NCBI RefSeq assembly: GCF_006345805.1
Contig: NC_043000.1
Span: 79,608,001-79,672,000 of the forward strand
Reading direction: 5' to 3'
From: Octopus sinensis
Taxonomy: Eukaryota
DNA length: 64,000 bases
Positions 13,345-25,000 of this stretch are shown one piece after another. The position numbers and the translations under genes are program-made. The notes below the pieces were generated by a model. That model searched no databases. It had not been told where the DNA came from and worked only from the letters and a program-made list of their open reading frames with translations. Position 1 is the stretch's first letter, and each line of letters opens with the position of its first letter.

Positions 13345-13552
13345 TTTCAAATTTTTGCACAAGGCTAGCAAGTTGGGTTGGGGGCTAAGTTGATTACGTT
13401 GAACCCAGTGTTCAACTGGAACTTGTTTTATCAACCTTGAAAGGACAAAAGTCAAAGCCGACCTTGGAATTTCAACTCAGAACATAAAGACAGACAAATG
13501 CCGATAAGCATTTTGCCCAGCAAAGTAATGATTCTGCCAGCTCACTACCTTA
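13345..13552 (-). mobile_element. tRNA-derived SINE (same family as the 4285-5560 cluster)
   Basis: Shared central domain (GAAAGGAC.AAAGTCAAAGCCGACC..GGAATTTCAACTCAG). Confidence 0.75.
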
Positions 13553-13568
13553 ATAATAATAATAATAA

Positions 13569-16170
13569 CTAGCAGGCATACCCTGTATTGCTCGGATGCA
13601 TTAGTTCGAAAAGGCTTTGGAACTAATAAAGCGATTAACACCCCCACCATTAAGCACCTTTCACGCTTTATGGCAAGACTAACACCTAAGTAACTCTTTA
13701 AAGGAACTGCACTTGTAATATTATAACAACAATCAAGTGAAAAAATAAAGCAACAAAAATTATAACAGCAATAACATAGGACTGAAATATGCCGCCATTA
13801 TGGCAAGTCTACAAAACTTCCTTATAAACAACATTTTTAGTTTTCTCCTGGAGGATAAAGGCATGTAAACTGTTCCTACAACCCACTCTTGAGCAGCCAA
13901 TGTACTGTTGACCGTGTGAAAAGCATGGTTCAGCTAAGTAAAGTCTAACGACAGACAGCGACTGCCCCTGGGACTTATTAATGGACATGAAGTAACTGAG
14001 TCTAATCGGAAACTGCACTCTGTGAAATGTGAACAGTAAGTCAGCAGCCGAAAGCACAAGGGGAATTTGCGTCTTGACCTTTTCCACAGGCGGTCATAAT
14101 CGTTGCTTCAATGACATTGGGAAGTAATTTTGTGATAACAAGGCTTGTACCGTTGCACAACGTCGGTGGATTTAAATTCCTTATCAGCATAACAGAGCTA
14201 CCTACTTTAAGAGTAAGAATATATGGAGGTACACCTGAAAGCTCCAAGGAATTCAAAAATCCAGTGGAATAATCAACTACCTCATCCTGATTGGGAACGG
14301 TGTCTACTGACTTATAGACTGTCACATCCCCAGGCAAATGCAGTAAGAGGCTGTTGTTGATTGCACTGACTGCAACGTTTTTAAAGCCAATCTAGATCTC
14401 TGCTGTGGACTTCTATGCCTAAGAAGACCTGGTCCTGAAGACTCAGGATAGTACTGGCTATTGTGCAAATGTTACTTATGTCAACGTCTTCATTTCTGTC
14501 TTCTGGAAGTTCATTATTGCCAAGAAGGAAAATGTCCTTTGCAAATTCTTCTGATAATGGGTCCTCATGGAGGTGTGCTCTCATACTGGATTCTAACTTT
14601 AAAGTAACAACATGACCCCTTAGAGGTGAAGACTTAAGACATCCCATTACTTCATCCGCCCTTGTGCCTTTCAAGGTTTGTCTAAAGTCCCCAGATAGCA
14701 ACACAGTGACACCCCCAATCAGTTTGTGGCTTTACTTTATGTCTCACAAAGTTCTATCTAATGCCTCAAGGACACCCTTATAAGCTATTGTGCATTCATC
14801 CAAACAATCAAGCGGCATTGTGCAAGCAATTGCCCGTTGTCTGACGTCTTTGAAATGTTGCAAACAGGCGTTGGTGAACTTGCGAGGTTAAGGGAAGCTT
14901 AAATGTAGAGTTTTGCAGTCCTACCACCAGGGAGCAGAGTAGCAGCTATGCTCGAAGTTATCACAGCTATTGTGATGCACTTTTGTAGCCTTACTTTTGC
15001 AAGAATGAGTCTAGTAACGAACGTTTTGCCTGTCTCACCAGGAATGTTAAGGTAGAAAACGCCACATTTATGACACTGGACTTGCTGAACGATAGTGAAG
15101 TAGGCATGCTTCTGGTCAGGTAGCAGGAATGCCTCATTGATAAGTACATATGCGGATAGTTCAGTAATGTCATAAGATGTTTCCGGAACACTCTCAGAAG
15201 GGAGATCATTTGAGGTAGACTTTGCAGTGGGGGGAAGCCCATAAGTTGTCATTATGTCACCACCTAAAGCTAAAGTATTGTTTTCTATCTCAATCAGCGC
15301 TAGGTTGTATATTGTTTCAGTGAAACCTATGTTTAAAGTAGGGAATTAAAGCTGAGCGACTCGCCTAAAGTCCTCGGACAGGTCATTCCTAAATTGAAGC
15401 CACACAAAATATGGACTACTGGGTGCACAATTGGGCAGTATAACAGTAAAAAGTGTTTTAAGGCTTCCAGGTAATTTGGATACACAAGCTGCTGATAAGC
15501 AGGCTTGCCACTGCCTGTCATCTTCATGAAGACCACGCTGTTGACATGCCTCTTTGTATGTTGCAAAAACGTTTTCATCCACAGTTCTTAAATCCTGAAA
15601 GCAAGTTGGGCCTGTTACTTCGTGTAGAAGAAGACAGAGATGAAAGCACTCAGTCTGATTTGGGTGCACTGTATAAACGCACCCAAGGCAATCATCGAAC
15701 TTAATGCCTTCGTGCCCTTCAACAGTTTTACCTGTCTTCCTTCTCCTCCATGTCTTGTTGTACCAGGTGTAGCAGGATGGAACTTGTGAATAAAGGAGTG
15801 TCCATGCAAAAGGATCAACCTGACAAAGTTTAAAAAACGCAGTAAGCATAGTATCTGATGGAGCCTGTGCTACCCGGGCAGCAGTGGCTTCACTGAAATA
15901 CACTCTTTGGCCATTTTCCAGATGAACAGCGAGCTGAACAATGGCAGGATACCTTTCATGTATTGGAAAACCGAAAATATGCCAAAATGTTTTATTGCTG
16001 CTTATGTACCGTGGTGGTTGATACCTTAGAGGCCAAACATGGTGGCATCAGACGCTTTGTTAACGTATTTGCAGACATATTTTGATGGAATTGCAAAATT
16101 CAACGTTGATATGCGCTTTAAATGTCTTTGAAAGAAGTGGACAGTAAGGTACTAACCATCTATTGTTAAC
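13569..16170 (-). mobile_element. Helitron RepHel 3' fragment (Rep C-terminus and Pif1-like helicase), frameshifted
   Basis: Peptides NRWLVPYCPLL, HINVE.CNSIK, LTAFFKLCQ.D.FA..LLY..VP..YTW, LLL.EV.GP..F..LRTV, LLSGDFRQTL and FPIRL...MSINKSQGQSL...L..PCFSHGQ.Y...SRVG. 3' end hairpin plus CTAG|T at 13569. Confidence 0.93.
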
Positions 16171-16172
16171 TA

Positions 16173-18930
16173 GATGTTAAGCCTCCATCGCATGGCTTCC
16201 TACGCCTATACAGTGGGAATTCCAGTGAGACAGCTTGCTAAGTGCCACAGACCAAATCTGTGGCTGGTGCAGAGTCCCTTCCAGACCTATGGTAACATGG
16301 TGGTGGAACAATACTGTAAACAGGGCCATTAGAGCAAAGAAGCAGGCTTGGGATGCCTGGAAGAGTTGGGGTAGCGGGAGAATGTTGCGGGAGAAAAGGG
16401 AAGCTAAGAGACAGGTATATATAGCCAAAGGAATAGCAGAACAGAAGTTTGCCAATGTTCAGTGATGTGAGGACCAAAGAACTGAAGTATTTTGGATTGC
16501 AAGACAGTGTGTGAGAGAAAACTGTGATGTCATAGGAGAGAAATGTGTCCACATGGATGATGGTGCTCTTGCATTTAATGATTCTGTAAAGAAAAAGGCT
16601 TGGAGAAGCCAATATAAAAGACTGCTGAATATGGAGAATGAATGGGAGGAGTAGAGTCTGCCAAAGGTTGACCCAATTGAAGAACCAGCTATCCAAATCA
16701 ACAGTACCCTGGTAGATAATGCAATTAATGATGCAAAGACAGGGAAAGCACCTGGCCCATCAGGAATCACCGCTGGGATGCTTAAAATATCGGGCGGTAT
16801 AGGTTATGATCTTGTCACCCACATCGAAAATCAGGTAGTTCATGAAGGAGTCATACCCAATGACTGGTGTAGCAGCACCATAGTCAACTGCTACAAGGGG
16901 AAAGGTGATGCTTTAGATAGAAATAATTATAGAGGTATCAGATTATTGGATCAGGTGATGAAAGTTACAGAGAGGGTCATAGACCAAATAATTAGGGAGA
17001 GAGTTAGCCTAGATGAGATGCAGTTCGGTTTTGTGCCAGGCAGAAGCACCACTGATGCTATATTTCTGGTAAGGCAACTGCAGGAAAAATATCTAGCCAA
17101 AGATAAACCTTTGTACTTGGCTTTTGTTGACTTGGAGAAAGCCTTTGACAGGGTCCCCTGATCCCTTATGTGATGGTCAATGTGGGGACTGGGGATAGAT
17201 GATTGGCTGGTAAGAGCTGTACAAGCCCTGTACAGGGATGCTGTCAGTAAGGTGAGGGTTGGTAACAAGTATAGTAAAGAATTCCAACTAGAAGTAGTGT
17301 TTCACCGAGGATCAGTCCTCCCCTCTTATTCATTATTTTCCTCCAGGCAATAACAGAAGAAATCAAGACAGTTCCTCTATGCTGTTGACCTTGCTCTAAT
17401 AGCCAAGTCACTGCCAGAACTAGAAATGACGTTTCAGGTGTTGAAGCAAGGTCTAGAATTGAAGGGCCTTAGAAGAATCAATCTAGCAAAAATCAAAGTC
17501 TTAGTAAGTAGGAAGGCAAACAAATCCCAAATCTCTTCAAGTAGATGGCCCTGCTTGATCTATAGAAAAGGTGTAGGTAGAAACTCCATAAGATGTTCCC
17601 AGTGTAAGCTATGGACACACATAGGTGCAGCAATATCAAAGTGAAGTTAAATGGGAAATACTTTTTGTGTGTGGCAGATGCACAGGGGCAATAAACACTG
17701 AAGATGTACAGAAAACAGATTCCATCACATGCCAGGGTGAGAAACTAGAAGTAGTTAATATCTTCTGCTACCTAGGCAACCAAGTTTGTTGTGGGGGCGG
17801 ATGCTCTGAGAGTGTAGCGAGTAGAGTAAGTATAGCCTGGGCAAAGTTCAGGGAGCTCCTACCTTTGCTGGCAACTAAGGGCCTCTTGCTCAGGATGAAT
17901 GGTAGACTGTATGATGCATGTGTGCAAACTGTGAAACTACATGGCAGTGAAACATGGGCCATGAATGCTGAGGACATGCATAGTCTTGAAAGAAATGAAA
18001 CTAGTATGATCCACTGGATGTGTAATGTCAGTGTGCATACACGACAGAGTGTAAGTGCCCTGAGAGAAAAGTTGGGCATAAGAAGCATCAAATGTGGTGT
18101 ACAAGAGAGGCAACAGTACTAGTATGGCCATGTGTTACGTATGAATGAAGAAAGCTGTATGAGGAAGTGCCATTCCCTAACTGTAGAAGGAACATGTTGA
18201 AAAGGTAGACCCAGGAAGACATGGTATGAGGTGGTGAAGCATGACCTTTGAATAGTGGGCCTCACAGAGACAATGACAGGAGACAGACCTTTGGAGATAT
18301 GCTGTGATTGAGAAGACCGGGCAACTAAAGTGAGATATGATATGCTTGAGAAGACCTGTTGAGTCAAGTAAAACCAATATTGTAGCTGGAGCCGGTGCCC
18401 CTGGCTGGCTCCCGTGCCAGTAGCACGTAAAAAACACCATCCAAACACAATCAATGCCAGGTCCGCCTCACTGGCTCCCATGCTGGTGGCACATAAAAAG
18501 CACCAACCAAATGTGGCCAATGCCAGTACCCTCTGACTGGCCCCTGTGCCAGTAACACTCAAAAAGCACCAACCAAACATGGTCAATGCCAGGCCCTCCT
18601 GACTGGCTCCTGTGCCAGTAGCACATAAAATGCACCACCCATTTGTGACCGATGCCAGTACCCACTGACTGACTTCTGTGCCAGTGGAATGTAAAAAGCA
18701 CCATCTGAACGTGATCATTGCCAGGCCTGCCTGACTGGCTACTGTGCACCCACGTAAAAAGCACCCCTACACTCTCAGAGTAGTTCACGTTAGGAATGGC
18801 TTCCCGCTGTAGAAATATTGCCTGATCAGATTAGAGCCTGGTGCAGTTGCTGGCTCTCCAGACCTCAGTCAAACCATCCAACCTATGCTATCATAGAAAA
18901 CAGATGTTAAACGATGATGATGATGATGAA
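16173..18930 (+). mobile_element. RTE-clade LINE, 5'-truncated, many stops/frameshifts
   Basis: TWWWN..V..AI, KG.GDALDRNNYRGI.LL, QFGFVPGRSTTDAIF.VRQLQEKY, AFVDLEKAFDRVP. The 3' UTR has ~7 minisatellite units and a (GAT)n tail. Confidence 0.92.
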
Positions 18931-19272
18931 ATGATTGTGGAGATAACATAAAATCCATTCATCTGTTTTATTATTGTATTAAGCCATGCCTATATTGATA
19001 CTCTCTTCACAAACATAAACTTATTTGTAAATTTATGTCATACTGTCAAGCTGTTACATGTGGCATGCTTCACATTGCTCTGCCTTGATCCATCTAATAG
19101 ATCCCCCATCAAATCAGTATCCATCAATCTATCTAGCTCTCTCTAAGCTCGAAACATTAAAGACTCTCTCACTTTCCTGAGCATCAAACTAATACACCTG
19201 CTTGTTTTCATACACCTGTTTTTGCTTTGTTTTTTCTGTAAATTTCAACTATATATATGTGTGTGTTTGTAT

Positions 19273-19385
<113 letters not shown>

Positions 19386-19782
19386 TACAAAATTAGAAAA
19401 TGGAGAAACATACTTAAATCAATCAAACATCAACCATCAGATGATACCCAAACAATACTTTATTACACCATTACATAACAGTAAAGGCATTATACAAAAT
19501 ATATTGTAAATATAATTAGACAAGGAAATAGAAATATAAAATATAAAATATAATATGTAATTATATCATATCTGACAGCTGTTTCGGCAATAAGGGCAAG
19601 CATGCCTCATTTAACCTATAAGCCATATATGGCAGGTATAAATGAGACATTAACAAGGATGCCCCACGGCCTCTTCAGAGAATTTAATAAATTATAATTG
19701 TGAAAAAATTATTTTTTCCATATACATATAAATATAAAAATGTAAAATATAAAAACGTGGGTTGAATTTTCAACCCCTATCT

Positions 19783-19790
<8 letters not shown>
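19386..19790 (-). mobile_element. Penelope-like element terminal (pLTR) fragment, relative of the 34062-35619 arms
   Basis: Shares TACAAAAT.AGAAAATGGAGAAACA...ACAGCTGTTTCGGC...GGCCTCTTCAGAG with 34062-34400; flanked by (TA)n. Confidence 0.7.
19568..19681 (-). ncRNA. Type I hammerhead ribozyme motif with long stem-II insertion
   Basis: Minus strand: TCT-CTGAAGA-GGC[~85 nt]GCC-GAA-ACAGCTGT-C-AGA. Intact core, GUC site and palindromic stem III; stem I is only 3 bp. Confidence 0.7.
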
Positions 19791-19821
<31 letters not shown>

Positions 19822-19839
19822 GTTTTTGCTAGAATAGCA

Positions 19840-19885
19840 AAAACTGTCCGATGAACGGCAACGTGAAACTCAGAGTAACAGTTTT
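19840..19885 (+). ncRNA. Compact type I hammerhead ribozyme motif (CCGATGA core variant)
   Basis: AAAACTGT-CCGATGA-ACG(GCAA)CGT-GAA-ACTC(A)GAGT-A-ACAGTTTT. Stem I 8 bp, stem II 3 bp with a GNRA loop, palindromic stem III, GUA site (cleavage after 19877). The core has U4->C. Confidence 0.75.
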
Positions 19886-19921
19886 GTTGAATTTTCTGCT
19901 GCTTTAAATAAAGCATATATG

Positions 19922-20001
<80 letters not shown>

Positions 20002-20009
<8 letters not shown>

Positions 20010-20928
20010 ATGTTACATTACTCGGTAGTCAAGATAAAACTCTGAGTTTCAGATGCCGAAGTGGAAATCCACAACACCATCTCTTCGGTTATCTGGCTAT
20101 TTGAAAACGTTATGAAAAAATACCGTTAAAAATGAAGGGAAATTACTCTGTTATAACTCTGCTTTGCCTGCGTACTTATACATCGCTTGCATTTTTCGTC
20201 ATAAAAATTATATAAAAATACATAAAAATATATAAAAATATATAAAAATATATAAAATCTTCTTGGGACATAACACAGAAAGCATGTTCTATCCGTTTTC
20301 TTTAGGGGACCAAAAACGTAACAGAAATTTAGTCACATGTGGGCATGATCCGAAAAGCTCTGTCCTTGTATTTAGACATGTGGTAGGGTCTAAGCTGCTT
20401 TTCCAGATAAGCCATCTCTCCATGTCGCATAAACCGCACCATCCGCTGCCGTTAGTATAGGGCTTACATCTGGCCAAAATCTTCCATTGTATGTTATAAT
20501 CGACACCTTTATCTCTTAAAGACCAAATATGATTGGATAATTGTGTCGCTTTTCTTTTGTTCCAGTGCCTAAAGCTCAAAGTGTGGTTATTGAACCTGGC
20601 CTTGAAATTACCCTCTGTCAGGACCACGTATTTCTTCGTCGAAACGGTGTCTTTAGTGGTTATAGAGTTTACGGTAGCTTCATATTGATGGTCTTGGACA
20701 TGCAAGCTCCATTTAGCGGGCACAATTCTTTATTCCTGCATGAACAGCTGTTTTCTTCTTGTGTTTTTTGTATGTTATGATTGATTATGTTTTTAAAATG
20801 GTAGTTGAACTAAACTAATTTTTAAATTGTGTCTATTGAAGAGTTTCCTATAAGCATGGTTAACTGGAAAATGTCTATCTATCAGTGCTAGGAAATATTT
20901 ACCTATATTGAAGGCCACCTCGGGTGAG
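20002..20928 (-). mobile_element. Penelope-like element 3' part (linker, GIY-YIG endonuclease and 3' UTR)
   Basis: NIGKYFLALIDRHFP...KLFNRHNLKIS; CSCRNKELCPLNGAC; YEATV...KYV.LTEGNFKARFNNH..SFRH...TQLS.HIW.L...I.WKIL...C.LC.ME...LN.R.EL...C.H. Confidence 0.9.
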
Positions 20929-20929
20929 T

Positions 20930-21690
20930 AAGACCATCATATATGAAGCTACCGTAAACTCTATAACCACTAAAGACACTGTTTCGACGAAGAAATACGT
21001 GGGCCTGACAGAGGGTAATTTCAAGGCCAGGTTCAATAACCACACTTTGAGCTTTAGGCACTGGAACAAAAGAAAAGCGACACAATTATCCAATCATATT
21101 TGGTCTTTAAGAGATAAAGGTGTCGATTATAACATACAATGGAAGATTTTGGCCAGATGTAAGCCCTATACTAACGGCAGCGGAAGGTACGGTTTATGCG
21201 ACATGGAAAGATGGCTTATCTGGAAAAGCAGCTTAGACCCTACCACATGTCTAAATACAAGGACAGAGCTTTTCGGATCATGCCACATGTGACTAAATTT
21301 CTGTTATGTTTTTGGTCCCCTAAAGAAAACGGATAGAAAATGCTTTCTGTGTTATGTCCCAAGAAGATTTTATATATTTTTATACATTTTTATGTATTTT
21401 TATATAATTTTTATGACGAAAAATGCGAGCGATGTATAAGTACGCAGGCAAAGCAGAGTTATAACAGAGTAATTTCCCTTCATTTTAACGGTATTTTTTC
21501 ATAACGTTTTCAAATAGCCAGATAACCGAAGAGATGGTGTTGTGGATTTCCACTTCGGCATCTGAAACTCAGAGTTTTATCTTGACTACCGAGTAATGTA
21601 ACATATTGTATAGATAAATTTCCTCTATTTACATAATATTGAGGTCTCTTTCTTTCTTTTGTTATCTTACCGTTTTATCAATATATATAT
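20930..21690 (+). mobile_element. Inverted second copy of the same Penelope GIY-YIG and 3' UTR
   Basis: ORF 20924-21292 is the mirror of 20289-20695; arms 20002-20695 and 20930-21612 differ at only scattered positions. Confidence 0.9.
21520..21582 (+). ncRNA. Hammerhead-like motif in Penelope 3' UTR (atypical core; mirror copy at 20032-20094 on -)
   Basis: AGATAA-CCGAAGA-GATG[22 nt]CATC-T-GAA-ACTC(A)GAGT-T-TTATCT. Same stem III as 19868-19876, with an extra U before GAAA. Confidence 0.55.
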
Positions 21691-21703
21691 ATATATATAT
21701 ATA

Positions 21704-21762
<59 letters not shown>

Positions 21763-21766
21763 ATGT

Positions 21767-21815
<49 letters not shown>

Positions 21816-21816
21816 A

Positions 21817-21855
<39 letters not shown>

Positions 21856-21869
21856 TAAGATATATGTAT

Positions 21870-21903
<34 letters not shown>

Positions 21904-21987
21904 CCCAGGTATCGGTTATAATTTGAATAATCCGTAACAAGATAATTCATTTATCCATTTCATTAAATATATATATATGTATGTATA

Positions 21988-22018
<31 letters not shown>

Positions 22019-22020
22019 GT
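21680..22020. repeat. Compound (TA)n/(TG)n microsatellite
   Basis: Direct reading; the ORF-track YIYI peptides here are artefacts. Confidence 0.95.
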
Positions 22021-25000
22021 GTCAGGTCTCCGCTTGGAGCTACTGGTAACATGTAACCCAGTACAACCTGTTACATGGTCGGGTCGTTGGCGACTAAACT
22101 GGCAACCCCACCAAGATTTCTTGGTGAGGAGGGTGATTTGGACACCCAGCAGGACTAAAAACAAAACCTGTCAAAGGGCAGAGGAACTCTCTCATGAGAC
22201 AATGGCCATCCAAAATCCTGAGTGGAGCCCCTAAGGCGGTTGGATTGCGCCATGCGTGCCACCTTCCGACAGCTCCTGCATCCTGGTCTACCCCCAGTCG
22301 TCTTGACTTTGTCTTGCCACTGGATCCGGCGCACCAGGACGAGAGAGTGAGGCTGATCCTGCCCAAGTCACCCTCACTATAATCCAAGTCACGCGCATGT
22401 CACGACATCATGACGTCATGACACCATCACAAAGTCCTGTGGCGATGGGGAAACGGCGAAGTAGCAGGTGAGGATACACTGGGAGCTGCAGTCGTGAACC
22501 CACACACTGGCGGCTCCGGACATGTGGTCGCCCCTCACTGAACTGAGGCAGCAGTGGAGTCCGGCAGCCTCCTGAGTGACCGAGCAGCCCTCTTTAGGAT
22601 TGCTCTGCTCGCCTCCCCAGCATGGGGACGGGGCTAGAAAAGGTTGCCCTAAACATAGCCTGCCTCACCTCACCCTGGTCAGCAAACCGCGGCTGGCGGG
22701 GATCCTTTCCAAGCGGTCGAAACAAAGAAAGAAGAAAACAAAAAAAGGTGCTCACTTTCGCAACTTGGAACGTGAGAACTCTGCTTGACAACACCAAAGC
22801 GGACAGACCAGAGAGACGAACTGCCCTGGTGGCCAGAGAACTGAGCCGATACAATGTCGATATTGCAGCACTGAGCGAGACCCGCCTTGCGGACAAAGGC
22901 CAGCTGACAGAGACAGGCGGCGGCTACACTTTCTTTTGGAGTGGTCGCAGCAGCGAAGAGCGTCGTGAGGCTGGTGTTGGTTTTGCCATCAAGTCAGTAC
23001 ACGTGTGGAAACTGGAAAGCTCCCCCAAGGGTATCAACGATCGGCTGATGAAGATGCAGCTCCCACTTGGAAACAAGACTAGTGCGACCATCATCAGTGC
23101 TTACGCCCCCACCATGACCAACCCTGAAGAAGTTAAGGACAGGTTCTATGAGGAACTTGACTCCCTCATCACGTCAGCCCAGCCTGGGAAGCTCATCCTC
23201 CTTGGGGATTTTAACGCCCGTTTCGGGACTGACCACCAAGCCTGGCATTGCGTACTGGGAAAGCAAGGAATCGGAAAGTGCAACAACAACGGGCAGCTCC
23301 TCCTGCGTGCGTGTGCCTCTCATGATCTTACCATCGCCAACACCTTGTTCCGTCTGCCAACACGCAACAAGACATCATGGATGCATCCACGCTCCAAACA
23401 CTGGCATCTGATAGATTACGTCATCGTCAAGGCGAAAGACAGGCGGGACGTGAGACTGGTCAAAGCCATGTGCGGAGCTGATTGCTGGACGGACCATCGC
23501 CTCATCATCTCCAGGATGGATTTCTACATCCAACCTAAGAGAAGACCACAGGGTCAGAAAGTGACGAGGAAGCTTAACATCACGAAATTAAAGAACCAGC
23601 TGACTGCACAAGATCTCCAGTCATGTATGGACAGCAAGCTGTTGGACATTCAGAATGACCAGTCCAGCATCGATGAGCAGTGGGAATCATTCAGGGACAC
23701 GGTTCATTCCATCGCCCTTGAAACTCTAGGCCAAGTTACGAGGAACCACCAGGACTGGTTTGACGAAAACGACCAGGAAATCCAAAAGCTCCTGGAAGAG
23801 AAACGCCGTCTGCTGTGGGCTCACCAAAATGACACCACCTGCACGGCAAAGAAGGCTGCTTTCAACAACATTCGCAGCACAGTACAGGCTAAACTCTGCC
23901 TCATGCAAGACGCATGGTTAAGCGCCAAGGCGGATGAGATTCAGGGATACGCAGACAAACACGACACCAAGAAATTCTACGAGGCGCTGAAAGCTGTCTA
24001 TGGACCGCAGTTCTCCTTTGGATCAACCCCCCTGCTCAGCTCGGATGGAACCTCACTCCTGACTAACAAGAAGCTGATCCTGGAGAGATGGGCGGAGCAT
24101 TTCAACATCGTGCTCAACCGACCAGCCCAGATCAACGAGGAAGCCATCGCACAACTCCCCCAGGTGCTGACAAACCACGAGCTGGCTGTTCCCCCTGCAG
24201 TCGAGGAAGTGAGCAGAGCCATCAAAAAAATGTCCACCGGCAAAGCTCCAGCTCTGACGCCATCCCTGCAGAGGTGTTCAAGTCGGGCGGCCCCACCATG
24301 ATCAGTCAGCTCACCAGCCTGTTCCAGTCGATGTGGGACAGGGAACAACTCTCTCAAGATTTCCGGGACGCAACAATCGTCCACATTTATAAGCGGAAGG
24401 AGATCGGCAGTCCTGTGACAACCACCGAGGAATCTCCCTCTTGTCCATAGCAGGCAAGATCCTGGCCCGAGTCCTGCTTGACCGCCTTCTGGAACACTTG
24501 GAGCAAGGCCTTCTCCCTGAGAGCCAGTGTGGCTTCCGCGCGGGTCGAGGGACCACTGACATGATATTCGCCGCCCGCCAGCTCCAGGAGAAATGCATGG
24601 AGCAGCACCTTGACCTCTGCATGACCTTTGTTGACCTCACCAAGGCTTTCGATACAGTCAGTCGGGAGGGACTATGGAAGGTCATGAGAAAATTTGGTTG
24701 CCCCAGCAAATTTATTGCAATTGTCCGCCAGTTCCACGACGGAATGACAGCCAGAGTCCTTGAAGACGGCAACTCATCTGAAGCCTTCCAGGTGACCAAC
24801 GGAGTCAGGCAGGGCTGTGTCCTGGCCCCAACACTGTTCAGCATCATGTTCTCGTCAATGCTGTCCGACGCCTTTAGGGACTGTAAGTCCGGTATCGACA
24901 TCAAGTACAGGACAGACGGGAAACTTTTCAACTCCAGAAGATTGCAGGCTGTCACAAAGGTAAGGGAGACAGTCGTCAGAGACTTTCTCTTTGCTGACGA

